The notes beneath the pieces were generated by a model. That model was not told where the DNA came from. It saw nothing but the letters and a program-made list of their open reading frames with translations, and ran no database searches. The translations under genes were made by a program, and so were the position numbers. A DNA stretch of 63,182 bases, counting the filler, from Octopus bimaculoides (taxonomy: Eukaryota), in NCBI RefSeq assembly GCF_001194135.2. It is 5 parts of 5 records of this genome, joined end to end, with 100 filler letters (N's around TTAATTAATTAA, not from the genome) between each part and the next. Parts side by side here need not be neighbours in the genome. Positions count along the whole stretch, not along the records: positions 16,060 to 30,971 come from NC_069002.1; positions 31,072 to 61,130 come from NC_068991.1; 3 more parts are not named here. The stretch is one strand, 5' to 3'. Positions within the stretch are counted from its first letter, which is position 1. Each line of letters opens with the position of its first letter. Shown piece by piece: positions 24,586 through 38,703 of this stretch.

Positions 24586-27500
24586 CACTAATAGTCAAAT
24601 AGGATCTGAACAGTATAGGTTTCGATGCCAACCATTATTTGCCTTACAACTTAAAAAATAAATTTTCCCTTCACATTTATGTATGTGTTGATCTGTTAGG
24701 GCTCTTGTGATTGAATTTCTTTTTAATAGTTGTAGGATCAAATTCTCTAATTATTAAGCAGTTGGTGTGCAAGGCAAATCTAACCTGTCAAAATCAACTT
24801 ATGTCTTCCCTTCCACCTTTTCCCATAGAAAGAATGAAATTGTAATTGTGCATGGCATGTACTATTTTAATTTGTTGGCATTATGAATTTCCCAAGACAC
24901 AACAAAATGCTTCAACACACAAATTCATATCAAGAATTTTGCAAACCAAATATAAAAACTAAGTATTATTTTGTTATTCTATATTTTTGTCAATAGCAAA
25001 TATGACAAGTTGAAAATAGCTCTCAATTTTGGATGGAAACTGTATATTTTCTTGAGAACTTAGAAAATAAACATTTTCCATGTGTTTGAATATGCTATTT
25101 GTGAACTTCATTTTCACTGTTAAGTTTTACTGGCTGAAGGATGGGACCAGACTAATTATTATATACATAGTATTCAAGACATATTGAACATAGCAGTTAT
25201 TTCACTAAAAACAACTCTTCCCTTCTCTTTTTCACACTACCTGTTTTCCACAGCCTGAAGGAAGTGAAATGAATGAGAAAACCAAAGATACCTCAATGTA
25301 GTGACTCATTTTGCTAGAATTAGCAGCCAAATCTTCCTTAGATCACACCTGATCTTTTTTGAAAATATAAGGACTCGCCAAGCAATTTTGTCCTAGATAT
25401 ACAAAAACATGAGATGGTCAGGGTCACAATATCTTTGATTATAGATCTACTTGAGTAAGGCTTAGTTAGGGCTAAACAGCCACAACAAATTGATGTTGTT
25501 GGGCTTTGTTAATAGTATTCATGAAAAGTAAGAACTGAAATTGTAACTATTGGGAATCAAAACTGTGCGTAGTTACCTTTGAATTTAGAAAAGACAAATT
25601 ATACTTACAAGTGTGCGTGTGTGCACGCATGCATAATCATGCATGCGCATTTCTTGTGAGTTTTTGTAATCTTTGTTCTTTTGATGGATTGTATGACCAA
25701 ATTAACTATTAAGTCTTTAGTTACCATATTTCCATTGAAATATGCTGCTTTAACTTCAATTAATTTTTAAAATAATGAAGAATATAGTAAAATAAGTCAG
25801 TCATTATTAAGTTGGTGTTTCCAATATAAATTAACATGAAATTTTGATGGAAATTTTTTATTTAGATCTCTTTAAAACAGGAAGTTTGTGACATAGAAAT
25901 AGCAGTTGCAGGTGGGTTGGTATCAGAAGGGTTAATGATTTCTAATTAGTTGAAGTAGCTACAAAAAGGGGTTTCAAGACTGCCTTAACAATACATACAC
26001 CTAAGCTTCTCACCAGGGCTCAAAACATCTCAGTATGAGCACAACACCGATGATGAGATTTATGTACACATTTCACCTATCATTCTATTATTATTGCTCA
26101 GTGCAGGACAGATTTTACTGGTCACTGCTTTCATGTTGAATAGATAGGCCATATTGGATGTTATATTTCGGAAGATTTCCACACCCTAAAAGAGAAGGAG
26201 ATGTTTATTTGCAGATGAACGAAACTGAGGGTCTACCAAAGCTAATGGAGGACAGTAATTCCTGGTGCAGCATTGTGACACATAATCTTGCTTGCGGTCA
26301 CTTGAAGAAGAAAATAGCTACAGTTGGGGAATGAGACTATAGAATACAGTGAGCTTAGAAAATAAGTTTTACTTTCACTTCCACAAGTGTTTGTGAGTCG
26401 TGTGTGGAGTGGGGCTTTGGTGACTTTTGTTCTTTCCACAGTACTTGCTGTCTGTAAAGTCCAAACTATCTCCCACTCATCCCTGTCATAAGCACACACA
26501 CATACACACTATAATGGACGGTAGAAATTATTGATTCCAGCCCATTAGTCCTCTAAAAAAGTAACCTTCAGCTGCTATTTTCAGCAGTTTGGGAGAAGGA
26601 CAATTGAATCCTGATGAATTTTTAAGCAACACTGAAAGAGGTCAATACAGTTTTCATCCAAATGCCAAAGTGACTGTCCTGGGCCTAATTTCACAGCAAA
26701 ACAAATTACCTAACAGATATTCATTGAATTATTAGAGGATGTGCCAAAGACAAATTGAATCTATCAGTGCTATATCTAAAGGAGTGCCCTGGTCTTCTCT
26801 TTGGCACTACTTTTCTTTCCATCATTTAAAGGAACCCCCTTCCCCAAAGGAGCGACCCAGCTACTAAAGAAGCTCATGTAAAGACAATAGTAATGAGAGA
26901 GTTAAGCCTATCGTCTTCGTCGTCTGTTCGTCAGTGAGTTCCTATGCAGTCACTAACTTTGATTGTTTTCTTTTTTTCTTTTTTTTTCTTTTTCTTTTCT
27001 ATTCTTTCTTGCTCCCCCCTAGCATGTGCAGAACAATTGTGACTCCTGTTGGGTAAGTCCACATACCTCTTTAACTGTTTTGCTGCCTCAACTTGCTGTA
27101 GACATTGTCTCAATTATGGTCATACTTTTTTTGGTTGGATTTGTTTTTTGTTAATTTTTTTATTTTTTTATTTTTTATGTTATATTCATCAATATTTTTT
27201 AAAAATTAATTGTTTCTTTTTGTTACTGGCTCACACACATTTTAACTACTGTTGTCATATTGTCATTTGTTATTACAAAACAATATCGTGCATCTGTTTT
27301 TATTTAATAAAAAAAGAAAGTCATGCTCAAAGAATATTAAATGTTGGAGGTCTTTAAAAATACCAGTTGTAGTTTTGAAATGATGAAAATAATTGAAATA
27401 TTACTCATTTCAGTTCTACCCACAAATAAAAGCATTTGTTTTAAAGATTATGAAAATTTTCATAGAATCATTCTATTCTTTTGTTTCATTTTTTTTACTG

Positions 27501-27998
27501 TTTTGAATATAATATTTTGGTCACTTATTGTATTATCTACTAATAAAAATTCTGAGAAATTGGTTACACAGGCTACTTTTTTCCCTTTGAAGAAATCCTG
27601 CAACTGATTTCAGCATATCTTCAGTTATGAAACTCTAATAATAAACTTTTTTCTATGGTAGTTTGATATTCCTTGTAGCTGTGAAGCAAACTTCTTAACC
27701 ACAAAGCCATACTTCTGCCCACTGACACCAAAATTGGTGTCAATGATTGCAATAGATAACACCAGAGCTAATATGCAGTGCATGGAAGATGGTGAAGAGG
27801 CACCAGGAATGTAGAGGAACTGGAGTCAAGGGCTTTGCTTGATCATATCAACCCCACCACCAGTAATTATGTCAGCCTGATATTTATTTTATCAATCTAT
27901 TTGTTGAACTGCTAATTTATAGGACATTATTAAAAGATCAAATATAAGCAACACTGATTCCTTAGACAGATATAAGCATACAAACATGAATGCATACA

Positions 27999-28041
<43 letters not shown>

Positions 28042-29231
28042 CATACATACATGTGTTGGTAATTATGGCCCACCATGCCAAAGTCTGGAGATTCATGATT
28101 TTTCTTGGGAAACATCAAGCACTAGTTTTTCTGTTATCTGCTGGTTTATTCACCGTCTATTCTCCTGCTCTCCCAAGCTTACATTTGAACCACAAGAATT
28201 GTTTAACCTTTAGGCAGGGGGACTGGTTCATGTGACATCAGGACATGTCCATATTCTGGTGGGCCTATATGACATGTCTAGGGGCCTTCTCTCTTCTGCT
28301 ATTTGACTCATAACTGAGGTTGTTGACAAATACTGTCATCACCTCAGATCAGAGTGGACCTGACAGTAGTAATGATTAAGGAATAACTCCACACTCCCCA
28401 AAACTCCTGAACTCCCAAGCTGGAGTCTCACCTTGGATGCAGTTAAATATCTTGCTCAGAACTATATATGATAGACTTCTGTGCAGTTCCATCTACAGAA
28501 TTTCACTCACATTGAATGAGTCAACTGAAGACTGAAAGATGTTTGCTCAAGTTGCCTGAAGCTATATGGTAGTAACACAAACTTTTGAAATATGCAGCCA
28601 TATTATCTGTGCCAAAGTAAATATGTAACTCAAACGAAATGTAGTGAAGGGTTAATGGTATATATTTTGTTTAGACTGAAGATTATTAAGTAATTAACAT
28701 TATAAAAACCTTAAGTTTCTAGGTTCATTGATAACCTTAGGATATGTGTATATATGTGAAATGTAGGGCTCCTGTAGAGAATTACAAAATATAGTTAGTG
28801 GTAGTGTATATGGACACACTATAATGAGGCTTATAATAGTTTGATTAATTTGTTACAATAGTAATAACTAATTAAACTCAGATATGTAACAGTTACAGTT
28901 TTATATAATACAATAATTTATGAATGTCTAAAAAAGAGAAAAAGATTCATTAGTCATTTCTTATAAATCTACCAACCTTTAGTTCCTGGGTTATATTCCA
29001 TTCTTTATGCTTTAAGATTTTAGTTTACTTCACATTCAGCTTTCCTTTGTGCATTGGCACTATTTAGATTTCATTATACATATTGTTCCATATTTACACA
29101 CTTTTTCCTTGTGTGCGAGATATATAAATATAAAATGCATATTATACTTATACCTTATATATCTGTTTAAATATTTATATGTGTGTGTGTGTTTGTGTGT
29201 TATATGTACATTACATACCTGTTTCAATATG

Positions 29232-29302
<71 letters not shown>

Positions 29303-29382
29303 ATATATATGTGTGTGTATGTGTATATATATGTATGTACATGTGTGTGTATATATATATATATATGTATATAAAATTTATA

Positions 29383-29622
29383 TTCTTTTTTACTTGTTTC
29401 ACTCATTTGATTGTGGCCATGCTGGAGCACTGCCTTTAGTCGAGCAAATCGACCCCAGGACTTATTCTTTGTAAGCCTAGTACTTATTCTATCAGTCTCT
29501 TTTGCTGAACTGCCAAGTTACAGGGATGTAAACACAGACACATAAATACACATACACATATATACAACTGGCTTCTTTCAGTTTCCATCTACCAAATCCA
29601 CTCACAAGTCTTTGGTCAGCCC
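29383..29622 (-). mobile_element. tRNA-derived SINE family A, 5'-truncated
   Basis: TTTTACTTGTTTC..CATTTGA..GGCCATGCTGGAGCAC..GACCCCAGGACTTATTCTTTGTAAGCCTAGTACTTATTCTATC, as in 51528-51918. Confidence 0.8.
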
Positions 29623-30275
29623 TGATTTTGATTCAGAGATTGCAATTCCTCCCGTGTATCCTGTCTGTATGTCGTTTAGCTTTGTGTGCTGGTAGTGTAG
29701 GGCCTGGAGTTTTCCTGCATTAAACTGCATGTTGTTGTCCTCAGCCCACCTGTATATTGCGTCCAACTCCCGTTACAGATGTGCAATATTTTCAGGATTT
29801 TGTATTGTCTGATAGATTTTTTTGTCATCTGCATAGCTAGCAAGTGTGGCCATCTGAGCAGCTGAAGGCATGTCTGAGAGGGCCCCTATGAATGTCAGTG
29901 GCTCTGAGACAGTACCCTGTGGAACATGACTTGCTATTTGTGTTTCCTTGGAGGTGGCTCCATTGGCCACCACTGTCTGACGTCTATTTTTTAGAAAGCC
30001 ATGCAGCCATTCTCCAAGTTTTCCGCTCATGCTAAGATCATGCAGTTTGTGACATATCATACCATGATCAAATTTGTCCAAGGCTTTTGTAAAGTCAAGA
30101 TTTATCACATCCATGTTTGAATCATTTAGCAGCTATTTTAACACCCAGTTGTGGTGTTGCAAGAGATATGTTAGACAGCTTTTACCTGGTTGAAATCCAT
30201 GCTGGGTGTCAGTCAGCAAGTCATTTTCTTCAAGGAATGCAATTAGTTTTCTGTGGACTATGGAGAAAACTTTTG
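29623..30275 (-). mobile_element. CR1-group LINE RT fragment (same family as 19264-20527)
   Basis: KLIAFLEENDLLTDTQHGFQPGKSCLT, LDFTKALDKFDHGMICHKLHDL, VPQGTVSEPL, SYADDKK, NMQFNAGK. Confidence 0.88.
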
Positions 30276-30329
30276 ATCAACAAACAAATTGACTACCATC
30301 AGTTAAATATTTTTTAATACGAAACTCGA

Positions 30330-30775
30330 ACATTGCTTACAGCCATTTCTGCTGCCAAAGAAAATTATGAGAATAATATTCATCACTAATTACAAAGACT
30401 ACAGTAATAACTCAAAGTATTTTTTGCTGAAACCTAGTCATAGCACCACCAATGACGGTATTTATGTGCATAGCTTAGATGAAAAGATTAATGATAATAA
30501 ACATATACACCATATGCATCACTCTAACAGCTGTAAACATGTCATTCGGCAAGATAACCGGAAAAACGAGAGACATTAACTGACTCACATTTGCATATGT
30601 GATGCAAATAAAAACCGACTTGGCTAAGCTAATATTTAACATTATAAATAAACACTTTGATAAGAATAACGGGTATTCAAAACTTATTAATAGTAGAGTA
30701 ATTAAGATGGGTTATAGTCTCATGTATAACTTAGCCAGCTTCATTTCCTCCTTAAATAATAATAAAAAAACTAGA
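30330..30775 (+). mobile_element. Penelope-like element ORF remnant (region between RT and GIY-YIG)
   Basis: KTRDIN*LTFAYVMQIKTDLAKLIFNIINKHFDKNNGYSKLINSRVIKMGYSLMYNLASFISSLN resembles the PLE motif R.IIWFNPP.S..VKTN.G..F..L..KHF.....Y.K.FN...IK.SYS.M.N....IS.HN; recognised by eye. Confidence 0.65.
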
Positions 30776-30777
30776 CA

Positions 30778-30960
30778 TATAGAAAAATATATATATAATT
30801 TTTATATGTATAGAAATATATATAGAATTTTTATACGTATAGAAATATATATATATAATTTTTATATGTATAGAAATATATATATAATTTTTATACGTAT
30901 AGAAATATATATATATAATTTTTATATGTATAGAAATATATATATTCATAATTTATATAT
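30778..30960. repeat. AT-rich ~30-bp minisatellite with alternating variants (~60-bp dimer)
   Basis: TATAGAAATATATATATAATTTTTATA(TG/CG) units alternate. Confidence 0.8.
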
Positions 30961-30971
30961 ATATATATATA

Positions 30972-31071
30972 NNNNNNNNNNNNNNNNNNNNNNNNNNNNN
31001 NNNNNNNNNNNNNNNTTAATTAATTAANNNNNNNNNNNNNNNNNNNNNNNNNNNNNNNNNNNNNNNNNNNN
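30972..31071. other. Artificial scaffold-joining linker
   Basis: N44-TTAATTAATTAA (31016-31027)-N44. Confidence 0.95.
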
Positions 31072-31195
31072 AAGACATATACACAACACGCACGCACACG
31101 CACAGACCGTTTTTAACGCAATTCTCAGTATTGCACATTCACATACGTTTTAAAGTAAGCACAGTAGACATTATTACACACACACACACGCACGC

Positions 31196-31227
<32 letters not shown>

Positions 31228-31345
31228 TTAGAAAACACGGAACGCTTCACACATTCCATTTATTTCAAACATCTCACAGATGTATATTTCATACACACCC
31301 ACGCATATACACGGAGCAACGCATATTATGCACACATTACACACC

Positions 31346-31382
<37 letters not shown>

Positions 31383-31521
31383 CACACACTAAACACAATT
31401 CATACACATTACACGCTTACACTACACGACTTATAGGCGTTTTACAGTCGTGCTCTACATTTCACGTCTTACAGACAGACACAAGCACTACAACTCTTAC
31501 ATCTTACGCAGAGATAAACCG

Positions 31522-31563
<42 letters not shown>

Positions 31564-31812
31564 GCACGCACACACGCGCGCGCACAGACAGACAGACACA
31601 TGCACATGCGCATTCATACGCTTGCAAATACATAGGTTATATACACGCACTTCACTTCACCAAAGAGATGCACTATATGCATTGGTAGGTACTACTGCTA
31701 CCACTACCACTACTACTGCTGCTGCTGCTGCTATTACATGGTTTAAAGTACCACTGATGTTCAGCATTCATACTAACACAAACCGACCGACACACTCTAA
31801 GATATATATATA

Positions 31813-32007
31813 TATATATAAAATATATAGTTTTAGGGAAAATAACAAAGTTTCAAGAACTCATCGATGAAAATCCACTATCGCATATAGAAAAATTAAT
31901 AATTAAAAGCACAATAATTATTAATTTTTCTATATGTGATAGTGGATTTTCATCGATGAGTTCTTGAAACTTGGTTATTTTCCCGAAAACTATATATTTT
32001 ATATATA
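31813..32007. repeat. Near-perfect ~195-bp palindrome (fold-back)
   Basis: Arms of about 90 bp: ATAGTTTTAGGGAAAATAACAAAGTTTCAAGAACTCATCGATGAAAATCCACTATCGCATATAGAAAAATTAATAATT versus its reverse complement with about 3 mismatches; spacer about 9 nt. Confidence 0.88.
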
Positions 32008-32289
32008 TTTTATATATAAAGCTCAATTTAATTTTGATTTTTTATAAATTGATTTTAATTGAGTTTTTACCTGTAATTTTGGATTTTGTCCCTAATATTA
32101 TTATTATTATATATATATATATATATACACACGCAGATATACACACGCATATATAGACATTTTATGCACACACACTCATACAAACACCTAGCCGTGATAC
32201 ATGTGTGTGTGTGTGTTTCTGTATGTGTGTGTGTGTGTGGCTATACAAACACGTATTATTCTACACTTTCCTTCTCCACCTCTTCCATT

Positions 32290-32575
32290 TCCCCCTCTCT
32301 CTCTCCCTCTCTTTCTCTCTTTCTCTCTTTTCAACGACACCTTCACCACCATCACCACCATTACTACTACTACTACTACTACTACCTTCACTATCCGCAC
32401 CTTCCCCCTCCCCCTCTCTCTCCGATACTCTTACCATTTATCCAATCACCGCCACCATCATCATTATCATCATCATCATCATCATCGCCTTCATAAACAA
32501 CATTTCTGCTGGTTCCCTATTTATCTCTCTTTGTCTCCCCTTCTCTCTCTTCTCTCTCGCTCTCTTTTTCTCTCC

Positions 32576-32613
<38 letters not shown>

Positions 32614-32634
32614 GTCTGTCTGTCTCTCTCTCAC

Positions 32635-32666
<32 letters not shown>

Positions 32667-32764
32667 AAATTCATTTTATTTCTGTTTCTGACAGAACTAT
32701 CACTGCGGCCATCATCATCCTCATCATCATCATCCTCATCCTCATCATCATAATCATCACCACC

Positions 32765-32816
<52 letters not shown>

Positions 32817-32963
32817 GCTACCTTCTCATTACCACACATACACTAATATTACTATAAATACTATTGTTAATACTAATAAAACTACTTCTACTACTACTAC
32901 TACTACTACTACTGCTACTATTAGTACTACTGCTACTACTACTACTACTACTACTGCTACTAT

Positions 32964-33003
<40 letters not shown>

Positions 33004-33660
33004 GCTACTACTACTACTACTACTACTACTACATCAACAATATCTTATTTAAAAAAAATATATTATCAACACTAATCAACCACTATAACCGTCTTCATCA
33101 TCATCATCATCATCGTCATCATCATCGTCATCATCATCGTCATCATCATCATAACCATCATCATCATCATCGTCGTCGTCGTCCCCACCATCGCCACCAG
33201 CAGCAGCGTTACATTAACAAAACAACTACTGCTGTTGATATTCCTACTGCTACCAACATAATAGCAATTATTACCACTGCTGTTGCGGCTACTACTATTA
33301 CTACTACTACTTGTATTAGTAGCAGCAGCAGCAGCCTTCGTAATCATTACAAAAATATTACCATTGCTCTCTCTCTCTCTCTCATCATCACCATCATCAT
33401 CATCATCGTTTTCATCTCTACTACAACTACATCAGCTACTACGACAACCACCATATTTATTACTAATACCACTACAACCACTACTACTAATACTATTAAT
33501 AAAAGAACGAAAAATCTCCACTTTTACCAAAGCCTTCTCTCTCTCTCTCTCTCTCTCTCAAAATTTCTCCTCTCCCTCTCTCTCTATATACATAAACCAC
33601 AAATAACTCCCCCTCCCTCTGTCTGTCTCTCTCTCTCTATGTCTCTCACTCTCGCCCTTA
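32290..33660. repeat. Compound microsatellite field (CT)n/(ACT)n/(CAT)n/(GCA)n
   Basis: Adjacent simple repeats; source of poly-L/S/I/T ORFs. Confidence 0.92.
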
Positions 33661-33796
33661 GACTTAATTTTAGTTCTACTCTTTCTCTCGCTCTCTCGCA
33701 TTTTTAGTCACAAATGCACATTCAGACTTACTGTACAAGCGCACACGTACACACCCTTACGCTCATATACGCTCACACACTCCCTCTTTTACTATT

Positions 33797-33827
<31 letters not shown>

Positions 33828-34677
33828 ACTCACTCACTTATATACTCTCTGTCTCTCTACCTATCCCCCCTCGCACTGGCTTCACTACCACAATGCAATC
33901 TCTCTATCTGTCTCTCCTCTACCACTAACAAACCCTATCACCACTACCTTCAAAGTGCTGCTCTTACCATCTTCAACAAGACTACCAGGACTACAATACT
34001 GCGGTGACCGACCCCCACATATATATATATATATATATATATACAAAAAACAAAAATCTCTCTACATGGACTCTTAAACACAACCAAGGTACGTTCTTTT
34101 CTAATAAATCCAAGGGGACTTCGTTTACGCACAAACACGAACATATATACATGTAAATCTATATGTAAATATATATATACACACCGTATTATACAGCCTT
34201 CACATATTTGTGGTATGAAATGATGGTGGGGAACAGTTTATTGTATGAGTGTGTTTGTTTAATGTGGTAGTGCTGACCCCCTTCATACAACTCACCGCTG
34301 AGGCGGCCACCGATCTGAAATATCATTGCAACTATTTTCGTTTATCAAACCTTTTCTTCGTTGCCCCTACTTTATATGTTTTTTAATTGGTGTTGATTGG
34401 ATATTTACAGTCTAATTAAACTAATACACCGTCTTATCAGACACAGAAACACTGTGTAAATTGGAATTAAGCGGGGGAAACAGTTATGCCGTAGTTGTGA
34501 CACTTTTTCTCTTTTCCCCAAGGAAGCTTCTTTAGCGAGAGGTGTTTAGCGGCATAGATAATAATGATAATAATAATAATTATAATAATAATAATAATAA
34601 TGATAATAATAATGATAATCGCAACAGCAATTAATAGTAATGATAATAATAATTATTATTATTTCGATTTTTCGTAC

Positions 34678-34880
34678 CAGGCCAGCGATTTTAGAGGGCG
34701 GAGGTGGGGTTAGTCGAATACATCGATGATCCCAGTTCTTGTGTGATACTTTATTTTATCGACCCCCAGAGGGATGAAGGATAAACTTGACCCCCCGGCG
34801 AATTCTAAACTCAGAATCTAAAAAGCCGGAAGAAATATCGCAAGGTATTTTGTCCGACGCTCAAACGATTCTGCCAGCTC
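34678..34880 (-). mobile_element. tRNA-derived SINE family D
   Basis: Minus strand GAGCTGGCAGAATCGTT...TTCTGAGTT..AATTCGCCG..TCATCC..GGGGTCGATAAAATAA; homologues at 45855-46042, 46999-47205 and 50200-50356. Confidence 0.7.
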
Positions 34881-35151
34881 AGTAGTAGTAGTAGTATACC
34901 GACATAGATGTGTTAAATTATTGTTTAATGATAATGGTAATAATAATAATGATAAGAATAATGATGATAATCACACCCTGGAATAAGACTTATTGGTGAG
35001 AAGGGCTGGAGAATTTCCAAAGAAGAAAACTGGATGTGGTGACATTCATTCCGGGTTCTTTCAAGGGCATTTTGGTAATGGGAATTTGAAGTCTTCGGTA
35101 AACGGAGATCGAACTAATAATAATAATTTCGATGTTCATGACGATGACGAC

Positions 35152-35183
<32 letters not shown>

Positions 35184-36368
35184 CAGTATAAGACGACGTC
35201 AGAGTTATATAAGAAAATGAACTGGGGGAGAAACGAGATTACGTGACGTTCATGCATTTCTCAAGGACACACTGAGCGATGTCAGTTTATTTCACTGGCT
35301 TGCAACCAAGGTATCGAAACCGGATTGCGTACACTGGTGGTGGTGGTGGTGGTGGCGGCAGTAGTAGCAGTAGTAACAACAGCAGCAGTTACAACAACAA
35401 TAATAATAATAAACGATTGTTTGGTATGGCACAATACGCAGAGATTCGTCCAGCAAAGAACCGACAGAAAAAAGGGATTGGGGATCGTTCATGCGTTTCC
35501 CCACCCCCAATACTATCACTTCTAATAATAATAATAATGATGATGATGATGATGGTAACTCATTCTGCCCCACCCCCACCTGCAACATTCCAAGCGATCA
35601 CCGAGTGACCCCCACCTCCACTTCCTAACACCCCCCCCCCCCGACACAATTCGCCGATTATCATTTATATTAACCGAACAATTATTGCGTATAATACTTA
35701 ATTAGATTACATTGGACCTTAGTGTTAACCGTTATTTTCATTATATTTTCAGTTGTCAACAGTTTAGACATACATGAATACACGTACACACACACACACT
35801 TGTGTATATAATTGTTTATTTCAGTGTGAATGTGTGCATGATATAAAATATCTTCCTGTCTTTGTGCAGTTTGTAATTTCTTGCACCTGTGGCAAAGTCT
35901 TCCGTTCAGATTATATATCATACCTTAATTTCTTATATTTCAATTTCACACATCTATCTATCTATCTATCTATCTATGTCTGTCTGTATATATATATATA
36001 TGTATGTATGTACGTAGGCAATCTTTGGTTTTACGTACTTGCCTACACACACAAACATACCACATATATATGTGTACATGCAGAGGCCATACGTTCTGTT
36101 GTGTATACACACGTTTGTGTGCACATATCTACACACACAAGCGCGCACTTGCAGTTTAATATCTTTCATGCAAGGCGTATATAATTATAATCTTATTCAC
36201 ATTTGGGGAAATTTTTTTCCATATCGTGTGTGTGTATGGGTGTGTGTTTGTATACAGACACAGATTCGCTTCCGCTCGGTAACCTCCGTAAACGATACAC
36301 TTGTATGTATAGTTACATATATATTATGTTATACAATATTATATATATATGTATATATGTAGAGAGTG

Positions 36369-36433
<65 letters not shown>

Positions 36434-36586
36434 TACCATTACACACTCACTTCCTACTGTTCTTTAGACATCAGCCTACACACACTCACATTACACACAC
36501 ACACAAATTCAGTTGCTTCTGTTCGTTAAATGTCATTCTCGATACATATACATTTGATACATAACGTATGCGTGTGTCTATGTATC

Positions 36587-36625
<39 letters not shown>

Positions 36626-37904
36626 ATGTGCTAGTATGTTGCAAGCATACAAGCTCTTCCTTCACATTCTCACACGCACTTGCTTCTGTTCATTAAATAA
36701 GTTACAACTGGAAACCGAGTTTCCACGACCAGCTTCTAGTCTGTCTGTATGTCTGAGCACACACACACACACACGTGTGTGTGTGTTCTAACGACGATCT
36801 TGCCTTTTTAATAATGTGTGTTACTGTTTGTTGCACAAGCAAGAGGTTCACCGTGATTGAACCGACATATTTTCAAAGGCGTTCCAGCCACGATCATCTC
36901 AAATACCTTTTTTTTTTCTGGAACTGTGTGTATAAGACTAGATTCATCTGTGGCCCTTCTCTTGGAACGTGCTTAGTGAGGGATTTGAAAGAAATTTGGC
37001 TACTGTTTTTAATGACCGCATGTCGGCTTGCTTCACCGTCGCACGAAATATTCTAAGCCGTGTATATATGTCAATCATTTTCTCTCACAGCGATCTAGCT
37101 ATGTGTGTATACATAATATATATGTGTGTGTATGTGTGTGCGCGTGTATGAGTGTATATATGTGTGTATGTCGTAAGAAACCATAAGGGAAAAATAAGGA
37201 CTCGTATATTTGTCAATAGAAAAGGTACATTATTATGTATACTTTGATTTAGTATACGTGTGTGTATATATATATATATGTGTGTGTGTGTGTATATTTG
37301 TATGTTTGTATGCATAATTTATTTAACCTTTTCAACTGTGTTCTTCCGCCTGGTTCTACCATACCGATCGTTGTTTCTACAAGAGTGAGATTTCCTATCA
37401 TTCTTGTACCATTTCACTGCCATTCCAGCTTCCTCTTGAGACGAAATGGTCAAAAATACTTTGACCAACGATCACAAACCTTAACCTTTCTCTCTCTCTT
37501 TTTTCTCCGTGTTTGTTTCTACCCAAATATCTTATATTATACCCTCCTCTCTGTCTCTTCATCTTTATATCATCCACATTTTTCGGTCATAGTAAAATTA
37601 AATTAACTACCCTTTGAAGAACAGGAAATGGGTGATAATGTGTGGGTGTGTATATATATATATAAATTCGTTTTTAGCAGTAGAACTTGAAGCAGATAAA
37701 GCTATGAATGATAGCAATGTAAATATTGGGTTAAAAATCTGTTTTTGATAGACAAAGTCAAACATTGCCCATATATATATGTGTGTGTACGTACATACAC
37801 AGAGACTATATATATAAATATATATATATACAAATCAACATACACAGACTCTCTCTCTCCCCTTTCTCTCTCCCTCTCACTCCCTCTCTCTCTCTCTCCC
37901 TCTC

Positions 37905-37967
<63 letters not shown>

Positions 37968-38373
37968 TGTCTGTGTATGTTGATTTGTTTTACTGTGTGT
38001 AGAGCATTTTGAAAGTGGGTGGGGTGTATAAATATTTAGCTGTATCCAGGGTGTAGGAAGTAGTTTGCGGGTTTGTGTATAGCTATAAAAATACAAGGAC
38101 TTTCCGATGTGGGTGTATAAATACAAGCAGAAACCTATCTGGCGATACAAGCATACACATTTAATAGTAGTAGTTGTATAATTATATTTAAATTAAATGA
38201 AGGTTTTTTTTTAGCCGTGTGTGATTCAATTTACAAACAATAGGGGGGAAAAAAGACTCGATACAACAGTTGTAGAACAGAAAAGTATCATTATATTTAT
38301 TGTAGAATACAAAATGTGCTTTCGTAAAGTTGTTTGATATCTTTATTCACGTACACACACGCACACATATATA

Positions 38374-38665
38374 GGCGCAGGAGTGGCTGTGTGGTAAGTA
38401 GCTTGCTTACCAATCACATGGTTTCGGGTTCAGTCCCACTGCGTGCGTGACACATTGGGCAAGTGTCTTCTATAGCCTTGTGAGTGGATTTGGTAGACGG
38501 AAACTGAAAGAAGTCCGTCGTATATATGTATATATATATATGTATCTGTGTATATATTTGTGTGTCTGTGTTTGTCCTTTACGGGGTGTGTTTATGTCCC
38601 CGTAACTGGCTCGACTAAAGTGCTCCAGCTTGGCCGCAGTCAAATGACGGAAACAAGTAAAAGAG
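38374..38665 (+). mobile_element. tRNA-derived SINE family A with internal deletions
   Basis: GGCGCAGGAGTGGCTGTGTGGTAAG (A box), GGTTCAGTCCC (B box), GAAACTGAAAGAAG, tail GAAACAAGTAAAAGA. Confidence 0.85.
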
Positions 38666-38703
38666 TATACGTATGTATCTTTAACGAGTCTCAGTCATAT
38701 ATA

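Noticed and set aside
26216-26740. Short open frames after AG acceptors (MNETEGLPK..., SSLGEGQLNPDEF...)
   Set aside because: Closed by stops without clear donors; no recognisable family; the CTGATGA at about 26611 has no hammerhead helices.
34993-35608. Short ORFs with poly-D/G/S/N tracts
   Set aside because: Built on trinucleotide microsatellites, with non-ATG starts and no splice or homology support.
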